Source: Flaccisagitta enflata (Eukaryota). Taken from it: DNA of 64,000 nucleotides. Below are positions 26,343 through 39,700 of the stretch, in pieces. The stretch covers positions 20,522,001-20,586,000 of the forward strand of contig OZ231126.1 of NCBI GenBank assembly GCA_965153355.1. Direction: 5' to 3'. Numbering within the stretch: the stretch's first letter is position 1; each line of letters starts with the position of its first letter. The position numbers were made by a program, and so were the translations under genes. The notes below the pieces were generated by a model that was not told where the DNA came from, did not search any database, and saw only the letters and a list, made by a program, of their open reading frames with translations.

Positions 26343-29300
26343 ATGTCCGACAGGAAGAAAGCGGGGAAAGATCGTAAATTGAAAGAGAGATCATCAAACG
26401 ATGGAAGGTCAGAGGATGCATGAGATGGAATCTGGTCATTGTCATAGCATCTATCAACGCATCTGCGTTCCAATAACTTAATGAGAGATTTGCAGCTACT
26501 GCCTCTCTGTTAGTATAACGAAAGGCACTTGTGCTACTTAACCTTCAGCCGAGAAAACGTGAACGTGAACGTGAACGAAGCTGGAAGCGGCGCAAATGGA
26601 AGTGATACGAGCACCGTCGTGAGCTACACTGGCGAGAGCAAGATTAGACCGAACGCCAATGACAATTCGACGATGGTAGATGATTCACGGTTGATCCTCG
26701 TTCTGACGGACCGACCAGCGATGAACTTTCGGACTTATTACCGATTTTGGACTTATTATCTACTTTGTCTATATTCAAATAGTATTTTCTATCTGTAAAA
26801 GATTTGTTGGTCCTCTGCAATCCGTTGGTTAGTAATAGTTGGAAAGAGGAATGTCTACAACACGCTCCTCAATTTGGCTCTTTATTGGAAATAGAATGAA
26901 GTATGAAGAAAACTTCGTCAATGCGGTTGTGTTTTGATTTTATTTGGTTTTTTTTTGTTAACGAGTTCCTTCAAGCAAAATTTATCTCCTGCAGCTTTTT
27001 CAAAGACAAAACGTCATGAAATGCTTCTCTGTCTGCATGATTGTATGGCTTACAGAAATCAAGTGTTTTATGTACAACATAGCAAGTTTCAACGCAAAGC
27101 CCAATCTTGCTCTGAAGTGCACACAGTGGGCCTTAACTGGGTATGAGTTAAAAAAAATCCCCAAGAGTAGTGACTTGTATGAGTAGGTACAATCTATAGT
27201 GGAGAATTGATGTAAACTCTTAAAAGAAAATTTCCCCTGAAAATTTTTGCAAAAATTGTTAAAAGGAATCCATTTTTCTATGTATTTGTATATGGATCTC
27301 AAGGATATATCAGTTTCAAAATTCTGACTAAAGATTCACATTCCTTGTGAAATTTTCAATCATTTGATAGGTCACACTATATACTTTCATGAAAAAATAA
27401 GATTTTCATTTTCTATGCCACCGTTACAAAGAAAGCAACGGTGGCCTAAAATATAAAAATCTTTTTTTTTCATAAAAGTATATAGTGTGACCTATCAAAT
27501 GATTGGAAATTTCACCAGGAATGTGAATCTTGAGTCAGAATGTTGAAACTGATATATCCTCGAGATCTATTTATAAATATATACAAAAATTGATATTTTT
27601 TAACGATTTTTGCAAAAATTTTCAAAGGAAATTTTTTTTTAAGGGTTTATATCAATTCTCTATTAAAAATTGTATCTACTCATACAAGTCACTACCACTG
27701 GGGATTTTTTTAAACTCATATCTATTTAAGGCCCACTGTGCGCATTTTTACAACTGTTTAGGAAGGTTTTTTCTCAGTAGTTGGTCATTGCATTGGTTAG
27801 TCTGTCTGTCGGGGCGTTCATACAGTACTTCGGCTCTTAATTGCGTTTTTGATGTTGAGAAGGAAAACTAAAATTGTGTACGTCGAACTCTGATTTGACC
27901 CTATGACCAGAAATTAACAACCGCATTCGTGGAATTTTCTTGCAATCTCCATTGTATTTCCGCCGATAACTGACGGTGACAACGGAGTTCATGTGCGCAA
28001 CTGCGCCAGTGATATTGCCACGTCCCGGGTTTCGTGCTGCTTTCATTCAGGTATCACAGCCAACTGGTGGTATAGTCGAGCAACAGGTCAAGAGCAACGC
28101 GGGTAAAGATGCCGGAGCGATGCATCGATATCAGTCACATGTAAGGCGATGTTAAGCCATCTGTTCCATAAATCGAATCGAATCTGGCGATGCAATGGTA
28201 CGATTATGAACATGCAAAAAAGAATCTGCTCTATTTGTTTCACAGAATCTCGACAAGCTAGCCAACTTTGATTGGTACTTGAAAAATCATCCTTTTCAAT
28301 TGCGATGCAAAAACTCGGGCCGAGATCTCGAAGTGAGTTGGTGTGTCAGTGTTAGCCCTCAGGATGTGATCGCTAATGCTAGTTCTTGAGCGGAAGCTCG
28401 GTGGTTGTTAGTTAGGCCTACAAACGGTATTAGTTGCCAGATCATCTCGCGCGGGAGTGATTTTTGCCTTATGCTCAGGATTTTCAAGGCAACCTAGTCT
28501 CGGAACCGGCTAATCCAGGCAATAGGAGACAAAAATGGCGTTACAAAGATAGCGCCATCGTCAATGAGGAAACTGGACGCGCCATAACGCTGGTAAGATG
28601 GTGGGCATCTTACCATCGACGCAACAACCATAACAACAACAACAACAACGGAAAACAACTAAACGACACAAGAGTAGTGAAAAACAGCAACATCAAAAAC
28701 AATAGAACAAACAACGATGGTTGAGTGATATTTTTGCCAGATCATGGGCTGGCCTGGTTGGGCACTGGGTAGGGGCAATGATACAGTTATGCATACAAAC
28801 TGATCGAAGAACTGATCGCTAAAAGTGAAGAAAAAAAAACGGTTTTGACAAATTTCACAATTAAACTGCCAGTCTGATCTACTTTGCGCATGCACAGACT
28901 GGCGATGATGAATCAAATCTGGGAGTGAAGATGAAAAAATACAAACCGAACAAACCGAATATTGATCAAGTAAGCGAATTTTTCGTCTGTTGCTGCTGTC
29001 CCGCCCTACTGCTTCTTCTTCTTCTTCTAGATTAAAGACCGTGCACCCGGCATTATTCATTCATTCTTTTTAGCATTGGGTGATTATGTCCTCGGGCTTT
29101 ATCGCCAAGAAGGGAATTCCGTCGCTGACGCTTCAAAGTGGAGCTCCTGGAGATGATCTCCCTTTCCACATGGGCGTCTCCTTCCGTCACGCATCCGGCA
29201 GTGAGTAAAACAAGGCCAACACCTATAAGTAGCGTGCGAGACAAAGATAACTGAATTGACCTGAATTCTCATTGTATCACTTTATCGACTTAGTCCAGAC

Positions 29301-30261
29301 TTAAACTAGACTTAAACCAGACTCAAACCAGACTCAAACCAGACTCAAACCAGACTCAAACCAGACTCAAACCAGACTCAAACCAGACTCAAACTAGACT
29401 CAAACCAGACTCCAACCAGACTCCAACCAGACTCCAGCCAGACTCCAACCAGACTCCAACCTAGAGTTTACCTATACGCTTTTTTATACGCCACCTCTAC
29501 CAGAAGTGGCAGATGAGACGCAAAAACGTATTTGGCGCCAAAATGAGTTTCCCATTGGCGTTTTTCAGGTTTTTCACTTGTCAATGATGGAGTAGTAAGA
29601 TTTAGGGAATTCATAGTGGATTTTCTGTGATCATTTTGAAAATTTAATAAAAATTCCCAGAATGTTTTTGCTAGCATCAAAAGATCATTTTTTTTTAGTC
29701 GCGTGCTACGCGACTCTACACCCCGCTTTGTTGGTCCGTCCGTCGGTCCGTCGGTCCGTCACACTTTACTGTCACACTTTACTTTTTTGGCGTTAATGGG
29801 GTTTTTGGCCTTACTGCTCCTGCCCAAATGCTCCGCTGACCTCAATTATGGCCCCTGCCCACCCGCACGCGACTGGGGTAGCCGTGTATCCGGCCTTGTT
29901 TCATCAGTTTTTATATTTTATATTTCATGATTTATTTTTTATTTTTTTATCTTTCACTTTTCAATTTTCATTTTTCACTTTTCAATTTTCACTTTTCTTT
30001 TTTCTTTTTCATTTTTTTTTTACTTTTCATTTGTTTCTGTTTGTTTTTTTTATTATACTTTTCATTCTTTTTATTTTTATATTTCATTCATTACCTTTTA
30101 TTACTTTTCTTCTTTTCAATGAACCATAATTTTGATAAATCTGTTGTCACTTTTTCTATCTATCTCATTTATATTTATTGTTTCTCCCTCATGCTTATAT
30201 CAAGATTGTATCATCCCAAAAGAAATGCTGAAATGAGTCTTTTTGTGAGTATTCTCTCTCC

Positions 30262-30321
<60 letters not shown>

Positions 30322-30435
30322 GCGTCTCTCTCTGTCTCTCTCTTACTTTGCACCTGTGACGATGCCATTTCCGATCCTTGTGGACCATATGTTTTGGTTA
30401 CATCGATCCTCTGGTTACATGAAGGGACAACCAAA

Positions 30436-30510
<75 letters not shown>

Positions 30511-30631
30511 ACAACAAAGAAAAAATGTCAAAGGACCCATAGACAAGTGGCAAGAAAAAATCAAAAAGCCAATCATATTATCATGACTTGTCCTTTATTC
30601 TGTTCAAGTCTCGATCTTGGTCTGGGTCTGT

Positions 30632-30701
<70 letters not shown>

Positions 30702-33700
30702 GTAACAAAATTGCTATTTTCTTTTATAATACTGACGAAAAGCAAATGAGAACATTTGAATGAAAAAACACCACCATGTTTTCTCAAGTATTTTCCTAAA
30801 GAGTCAACAATGCATCGCAGGCACTGGGAAACTCATTTCATCTTTAAAAATAGTAGTAATTGTAATACTACTAAAAAAAAAAATGGTAAAAAGCGTTTTT
30901 TAGGCTAAAAACTCCACTTATACGCAACCTACTATGCATATAATCTTAATTATACTTCCGTTATATGCCACTAGATGATTTTGTTTGAAACTCCAAACTC
31001 TACTCCAACCAGACTCCAACCAGACTCCGACCAGGATCCAACCAGACTCCAACCAGACTCCAACCAGACTTCAACCAGACTTCAACCAGACTTCAACCAG
31101 ACTCAAACCAGACTCAAACCAGATTCAAACTAGACTTAAACCAGACTTAAACCAGATCTAAACCAGACTTACAATTATGTAAAATGGCGAAAAAAAGCTG
31201 AGCATTTTGGACTTGAAATAACTTATAGTGCAAGGACAAAAATGTGTCAAATGATCAAAATGAACAAAATGACATAAATGACCAAAACATACCAAAAACC
31301 ATGTAAAATGACCAAAAATGACCTGAAATGTCCCAAAATGACTTAAAATGACTTGAAACTACTTTAAATGCCCAAATACGACACAAATGACATGAATGAA
31401 CAAAATGACGTAAATGATCAAAAATGACCGAAAATGACTAAAAGCAACCAAAATTGACCGAAAACAACAAAAAAGAAAAAAAGAAGTAGAAGAAGACCTA
31501 TTGAGACAAAAAACAACAAAAAAGAACAAAAATGTGTTAAATGATCAAAATGAACAAAATGACATAAATGACCAAAACATACCAAAAACCATGTCAAATG
31601 ACCAAAAATGACCTGAAATGTCCTAAAATGACTTAAAATGACTTAAAACTACTTTTTATGCCCAAAAACGACACAAATGACATAAATGAACAAAATGATT
31701 TGAATGATCAAAAATGACCGAAAATGACTAAAAGCAACCAAAAATGACCAAAAACAACAAAAAAATGACTCAAAAAACTCCATTCAACCCACAATGACCA
31801 AAAAGACGCAAAAAGCAAAGTGTTACCGACCGACCAACCGACCAACCGACCGACCGACCGACCGACCGACGGACCGACGGAGCAGGTTGTAGAGTCGCGT
31901 ACACGCGACTAAAGATGAGTCTGAGAGCGTAATAGCCCATACAGCATAGATCAAAATAAATACAGACTGACAGTGACAAACACAATATTTCCGGATTACA
32001 GAAAGAATAGAATCTATCGTAAACGGATCGGTGTGACAGATACTGAAATCAGACAGATATACAGCATGACAAACACTGCAAAATCTTTTTCTCTTTTGCT
32101 TCAGTCGGCGCGCAGAAGCAAATCTTCGATACGGTCTTGTTGTTCCCGAAAGGGGCGCTTATTCCAAAAGCGCTTCCGCCCAACATGAAAGCGCTCGAGG
32201 CAATGAAGGAAAATGTCGACGCGGACGATGCATTTGGTCCCGAGGCTTTGCAGCAAGAAGAAGAAGTTCCTGTCGAAGAGGAAGTGCCTGTTGAAGAGGA
32301 GGTTCCGGTGGAAGAGGAACCACTTCTTGCCGACGAGCAACCCTTAGAAGAAGAGCAACCTTTGGAAGATGAGCAACCTTTGGAAGATGAGCAACCTTTG
32401 GAAGATGAGCAACCTTTGGAAGATGACTCTTTGGAACAGGAGCAACCTTTAGAGCAAATGGATGACCAGGCGCTTATGCATGAGGGCGGTGCAAGCGGCC
32501 TTGGCGCGCAATCAATGGGTCCTTCATCCGCTGCGCCTTTTGGTGGAGTTGGAGTCATGCCCATCGGTGCCGTCGGTGGAGGGAAAAACGAAGACGATAA
32601 CGAGGATGAGGAGGAGGAAAAAGTTGAAGGTGATGAGGAGGAGCAGGTTGACTTGGACGACCCAGAAGCGAGTGGAATTGACGAGCAGGCACTGGAACAG
32701 GAGGGTTTGGACGATGCGGCTCTAACGCAAGATGGTGCAGAAAATTTGGACGGCGCAGAGCTTGCAGGCCAATCTGCGGATCCAACTGGTGCCATGGGAC
32801 TGGGTGGGGTGGTACCAGTCGGGGCCGGAACCGACGACGATGATGAAAGTAGTGAGGAAAATGCTGAAGAAGAGAAGTTTGGGGACTCGCATCAGGAAGA
32901 AATTGACGAAGAGGCTTTGAGGCAGGAGGAAGACCAGGCTCTGATGCAAGATGGCGACCAAAACCTTGATGGCGCGCAACCTGCGGGAGAAGCTATGGAT
33001 CCATCTGACGCAATGCTCCTTGGAGGGGTGACAACATCCAGCCAGGGTGAGGCAGACGATGCTCTTGAAAACAGTGAAGGAGATGATGATGGGAACTTAG
33101 GTGACTCGACAGGAGTCGAAGAACTCGACGAGGCGTTGCAGCAAGAAGAAGACTCGGCTCTCATGCAGGAAGATGCACAGAATTTGGATGGCGAATCAGC
33201 TTTTGGAGGAGATCTTGAGAGTGGGTCTGCGGCAGGGGTTATGGATGGAAAAGAGCTGGAGCGAGAGGATGGGAATATTGATGGAATCGAACAAGGCCTA
33301 TCGGATGATCAAACTCTGATGCAGCATGACACGCAGAATTTAGATGGGCAAGACGGTCTTGAGCAATTGGGGGACTCGGAGGCTGCTAGTGCAGGAGTGG
33401 GAGAAGATGGAAATTTAGAGAAGGAAGCATTAGATCAGTCACAATTCGAAACGGATGACCAGTCTCTGATGCAAGAGGATGCGGCTCTGACGCAAGACGA
33501 TGCGGCTCTGACACAAGAAGATGCTGCTCTGGTACAAGGAGATGCGGCTTTGACGCAGGGTGATGCGCAGTATCTGGGGGATGAATCAAACTTGGAGAGT
33601 CTAAATGGAGACTTGCTTAATCAAGAAGAGAATTTGTTAGATGATGGACAGTTTCTTAAAGGGGGCGAGGCGGTAGGTGAATCAGATGCGGCGATCGCTG

Positions 33701-36700
33701 ATGAGGCAGAGCTGCGAAAAGGCCAATCCCATGGAAGGGTAAGCATCTCGTATCTTCAAACACAGAGGAAAAAAAGAGAAAAGGAAAAAAAGAAAGAAAA
33801 AGAACAAAGAGTTCATTAGACCCACTTCGCATGGGTCGGCATTTTCAGAGAAGTTGGACAAACAGACAGACGGGATTTTTGAAAATGAACTTTGAATTAG
33901 CTATCTCCCCTCAAAGCGTCTTCACAAACTTTAAAAGAAGTTAAAAGAAATGCAAGGAAATGCCTTTTAAACGACTTTGTGACGGACTGTAAGATAGATC
34001 GGAAAGTGGCTTGAGTTAAAGAGTCATGATGCACGCAACTGAAAAAAACAAGGCCGGATACACGGCTAATACCAGTTGCGGACGCGTGGGCAGGGGCGGA
34101 AATGCGCGTTTACACATTTTCCAACTCGATCATAACGGACCAACGGACCAACGGACGGACAAGCCTCTTTTAGAGTTGCGTATCCGTAACGAAAAACAAA
34201 AGAAAAAAGGCCAATATGACGCGGGGTCACAATATCGTTGCGGACGGGTGGGCATTCAACCCCCAGCCTCGCCCCTACCCAACCACTTCTGCCATGTACT
34301 CACACACCCACACTCACACAAAAACAATTGCAGTATCATAAATGCGTTTTAAAGTTTCAGTCTATGGACATTTCAATATTTGCAGATATGTCAGCAGTTT
34401 GGTATGTTTCAACCCGTTGAAATCTCTCATTCTGGCGTATTTCAACGGGTTGAAATCTCGTATTTTGGCACATTTCAACACGTTGAAATCTCTCATTCCA
34501 CAAGATTTATATCAGGCAAATGTCAAGAAACGGCAAGTGAGCAGGGGTTGAACTAGCCATTTTTTTTCATGATTCAAATTCAACAAAACTATACATTACT
34601 GTATAGCTTATGAAGTTACATAAACGAATCCATAGAAGAATTTTGTTAACTGAGCTCATTTTTTATGCAAATTAAGCTTAATTAGACAGATTTTGTACAC
34701 AAAAAAATACAAAATTAAGCATATTGTAGCAAAAAATCAATATGAGAATATTTTTTACCTGAATTATGTTTAAACGCAAGAGTATGAGGGTGTTTCATGA
34801 AAAAAATCGAAATTTCATGAATTTTCAAAAAAATCTCTAAAAGCACCATTTTTGGTTGGTTGGGCAGTGCTGTATAAATTTGTTCGGCCAAGCTCTTTAT
34901 CATACTAGTAATGTAGATACTCTTCAACAACTTTCATGCAAAATTTCAGCCAAATCAGCTTACTCATTCAAAAGTTATGCCACTTTTGTTTTTTCATCTG
35001 GTAGGTTGGTTGGGCTGGTTGGGCCGTTTGGACTCATCTTCAGAAGACCAACTTTTTTGGCCTGATCCCACTTGGTAAAGTCTGTTTTCCCGCAAAAAAA
35101 TCATGGGTGTAGCTCAAAGGGTTCATGAGATATGGGCATTTTTGTAAATTGGACAAATTGATTTTTTTTCCTTCAAAGTCCGCAAAATCTTGACTTCCGC
35201 TAAGAAGAAAATAACTACGAAGATCGCCAACGAGCGTATCAATTCTGTTCACACTTTAGGACTGACAAAATGTAAAATTTCATTGTGACTGAACGCCTGG
35301 GAGTTAAGGCCTCAAATTTTCAGTGTAGACTCAAAATTTCACGCTCTTTCACGTGGTGTGGTCAGATTTCATGTAAAATGTGTCATTTCCACGCCATAGT
35401 GGAATATATCAAGCGTTAGGTATGCGTTAGGAACAAATTTGGGGGTTTGCGCGAATTGATACGCTCCAAGAAAATTTCTATTTCTCTGCTTAGGATCAAC
35501 CCAATAACATGAAAATGAAGGAGAACGTCCCTCAAGTAGTTGTCCATCGAATTGCAAAAGAAAAAATGCTTAATGATTAAGAAAAAGGAGGTTAAAAAAA
35601 ATAAATATCATGATATTCAGCCTTGAGAGAAAAAAAGCAAAAAAAATCGAGCAGGGGTAAATTTGAATTATATGCTAATTTTTGGTAACTTATAGTTTGC
35701 TTACTAAGTTGATTTTTTTTGTGTATCCTATGGGACTACTACTAGTTGATGAAAACTCATAAAATCATACGAAAGGACATTTCTTGATTGGTTTTGCTCG
35801 CTGTTTTCTACTGGAGACAGAATGGAGAAAAAGCTCTTTGACCAAATTTTTAGACCCCCTAAGGGTAGGAGGGATCACAAAAAATGGTTTGAAATTGTGC
35901 ATTGGGTAGTCATGAATGTCTTTGAACCATTTAATCCGCATATAATGATGTATCGGAGGCTTGTGCTAACGTAGATTGGTGGAAAGTCGGGCCCTCCTAC
36001 TTGCTGTGAAACCGTGACATTTGCCATCAGTAGAATGAAAGATTTCAACTCGTTGAAATATGCCAGAATGAAAGATTTCAACAGGTTGAAATATACCAAA
36101 CTGCTGACATATCTACAAATACCGAAATGTCCATAGACTGTTTTCAACTTGAGCGTGACGGACCAACAGACGGACAAAGCCTCTCATAGAGTTGCGTGTC
36201 CACAACTGAAAAATGAAATGATGAAATGAAAAAAAGAAGATGACGGACAGACAGCTGGACAAAGCGGGTGGTAGAGTCGCGTGAATGCGACTTTCAAGAG
36301 AAAAAAAAGAACGGGAACGAGAAACTAGTCATCCAAGGATCGCACATGGTCAGCGGTACCCGATGCCCTGCTTGGGGTGATGAAGTGAAGTAGTGGAGTG
36401 AGAGCAGGGCAGCGGCCCCAAAGGGCCGATGTCCTGTAGGACACAGGGGGGAATTTCCAGACGTCCTGAGGGGGAATATAGCAGGCCTAAGAGGTAATTG
36501 AGGCGGGGTTTGAGGTCTGGGGGAGGATTTATGCCTGAAGATTAGATTTGAGGTATGGGGGCAGGCCTTAAGCCTTGGGGGCAGATTTGAGGCCTGGAGG
36601 GCTGATTTGGGGCCTTGAATGCTGACTTGAGGTCTTGAGAGCGGATTTGAGGCCTGGAGAGCTGATTTGATGCCTGGAGAGCTGATTTGAGGCCCGGAGA

Positions 36701-39700
36701 GCTGATTTGAGGCCTGGAGGGCCAATTTGAGGGCTTAGAGGGCCTAAATCAGGCCTGAGAGTGAGGATATGAGGCCTCGATGGCCAAAAAAGGGAAAAGG
36801 AGAAATAAGGCCGGATACACAGCCACCAGTTGCGGACGGGTGGGCAGGGACGGAAATGCAACTGTCCGCCACTAAAAATGTTCTAAAACGCTAATTTTAC
36901 CACTTTTCAACTCGTGCTGACCAACGGATGGACTGATGGATGCACCAATGAACGGACCGAGGGACAAAGCCTCTTATAGAGTTGCGTGTCCGCAACTAAA
37001 AAGGCAACAAGGCCAAGTAGGCCGATAAGGTGCGACGTGTGGATCGTCGAACGAATGCGTTACCCCACAGACAGACCGACCGACCGACGGACACAGCCAG
37101 TTATAGAGGTGCGTTGTCGCACCTAAAAAGAGAAAAAAATGGAAAAAGTGAAAAAAGGAAAAAGAAAGAAAACAAGGCCAAGTAGGCCATTAAGGTGCAA
37201 CGCGTGGATCGTCGAACGAATGAGTTACCCAACCGACCAACCAACCGACTGACTGACTGACCGACCAAACGACCAACGGACACAGCCAGTGATAGAGGTG
37301 CTTTGTCGCACCTAAAAAGGAAGGAAACTAGGGAAAAGAAGGAAAATAGGAAAAAGAAGGAAAAGGGGAAAATAAGGAAAAAGAAAAGAAAAGAAAAGAA
37401 ATAATAGCAGCCAAAAGGCAGTAAGTGGTCAGTGGCACCCGCGCCCTGCTTGAGTGATGTGTGATCTAAGTTAAGGGGGAGCAGGGCAGCGGCTTCAAGG
37501 GGGACGAAGTCTTGTAGAACACAGGAGGAATCTGTTTGCCCGTCAGTCTGTCCATTTGTCCCTCCCCCCCATCCTTAGGGCTTCATCTCCTCTGGGGCTT
37601 ATTCTGACCCAAAAATCTGCTAGAAAGCCCAAATCCAAGCAATATATCCTAAATCAAAGCAAAATGACCTAAATCAAAGCAGAGTGGCCCAAATCCATGC
37701 AAAATGGCCCAAATCTGGTCAGAATTTAGGTATTTGAAGCCTAAGTATAGGTCTTTTATTTGGGCCGTATTGCTTGATTTTGGGCTTTTTGGCAGAGTTT
37801 GAGTTAGAATAAGCCCCAAAGGAGACAAAGCCCTGAGGATGGGGGGAGGGGACAGATGGAGGGACAGACGGATAAACAGATGTATGTATGTACAAAAAGA
37901 CAGATCCCCTCTGTGTTCTACAGGACTTCGTCCCCTTCGGGGCCGCTGTTCAAAAAGGGGAAAAAAGGAAAAAAAGGAAAAAAAAAAAAAAGAAAGGAAA
38001 AAGAAAAGAAAAAGAAAAAGAGAAAAGGGGAAAAGACAAATAATGAAAATTAACGAAGCTAAACGGGGACAAGCTAAAAATGAATATTTGATTTGCTGTG
38101 TCTGAGGAAGCTATGAGTTTGACCTCCTGTTTGATATTTAGGCGTGGGATGATGACGGATATGACGAGGAGAATCGGGAGGGAATGGACGGCCAAGACAA
38201 CCAAGATGGCGATTTGGTCAAAGACAATGAGGACCAATTTGGTCAAAATGGTCAATCTATGAACGATGACGAATCGGCGTTACAGAAAGATCTCGACGCC
38301 GACGCTTTGGGCGCCTCAACGGTTGACGGTCAAGACAACCAAGATGGCGATTTGGTCAAAGACAATGAGGACCAATTTGGACAAAACGGTCAATCTATGA
38401 ACGATGACGACTATTCGGCATTACAAAGAGACCTTGCCGCCGACGCTCTAGGGGCCACAGCTGCTGACGGCCAAGTTTTGGTGGAGGAAAATCCAGTGAC
38501 TCTGGGTGGGGCGGACGATGTTTTAGTGTTATCGGACGAGGAAATTGACCAAATGGGAAGAGACTTGGCTCTTTCTAGAAACAGCGTCGGCTCTCAAGAA
38601 GATGACCTTTTAAGTGAAGAATCTAACGCCTTAATATTTGGAATGGCTGGCAGATCATCGGAGGAAAGCGGATTTAACGGATATCAAGCCTTAGGAGGAG
38701 AATGTGGCTGCGATGGCATGAGTCCCAACAAGGGTCTCGTTCGCGACGCCGCCGCGTTAAAGTCCACCGGTGACAATAAAGCGGCCGATGGGTCGACTGA
38801 CGATGCTGCTTTGAATGGAAATGAAGATTTGGCTTCTGATGAAGCGCTCGGTGGAGCTGATGGGCTAGATGACGATTCTGCTTTGTTGGCAGATGACAGT
38901 CTCAGAGATGGAAATCAAGACCAGGAGGCTGAGTATGCAGCAATGGAAAATGCCGGAGATGTTGGATTAGCTGATGAAGGAGCGAATGATACCGCTTTGA
39001 CGTCCGCTCAAATGGATACACTCAACGACAATCCATTGTCAGGTGTGGAAAATGTCGATGGTGAATTGACACTGGATGACAAAACTGGCTTAGCGCAACC
39101 CAACAAGGGCCTCATTCGCGACGCCGCTGCGTTAAAGTCCACCGGTGACAATAAAGCGGCCGATGCGTCGACTGATGATGCTGCCTTGAATGGAAATGAA
39201 GATTTGGCTTCTGATGAGGTGATCGGTGGACCTGATGGGCAAGATGACGATTCTGCTTTGTTGGCAAATGACGGTCTCGGAGATGGATTTCAAGACCAGG
39301 AGGCTGAGTATGCAGCATTGGAAACTGCCGCAGATGTCGGATTAGCTGATGAAGGAGCGAATGATGCCGCTTTGACATCCGCTCGAATGGATGCACTCAG
39401 CGACGATCCATCGTCAGCAGGTGTGAAAAATGTCGATGATGAATTGACACCGGATGATGAAACTAGCTTAGCGGAATTGGCGAAAGAACCAGGCGAGGAC
39501 GCGGGAATCGATTTGGCCACGCTCAAATCCTCGACTCCTATCGGCGCCCCATCACCACTCGTGTCGCAAAAAGAAATAAGCAACGCGTACGATTTATTCG
39601 GAGAAGGTTCTCTCACGTCTGCCAACGATGGTGATCTAAGCTCACTGACGACTCCAATAGAGTTTGAAGATGAGTTCGACGCGACCAAGTCCGTCCATTT

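Noticed and set aside
7177-27740. A V(D)J-like system (Artemis plus RSS-like ends)
   Set aside because: No RAG/Transib transposase in the window, both ends are 23-type, and Artemis is a general NHEJ gene.
29053-29244. Minus-strand signal-peptide-like 63-aa ORF
   Set aside because: Antisense shadow of the + strand lectin exon 29074-29200.
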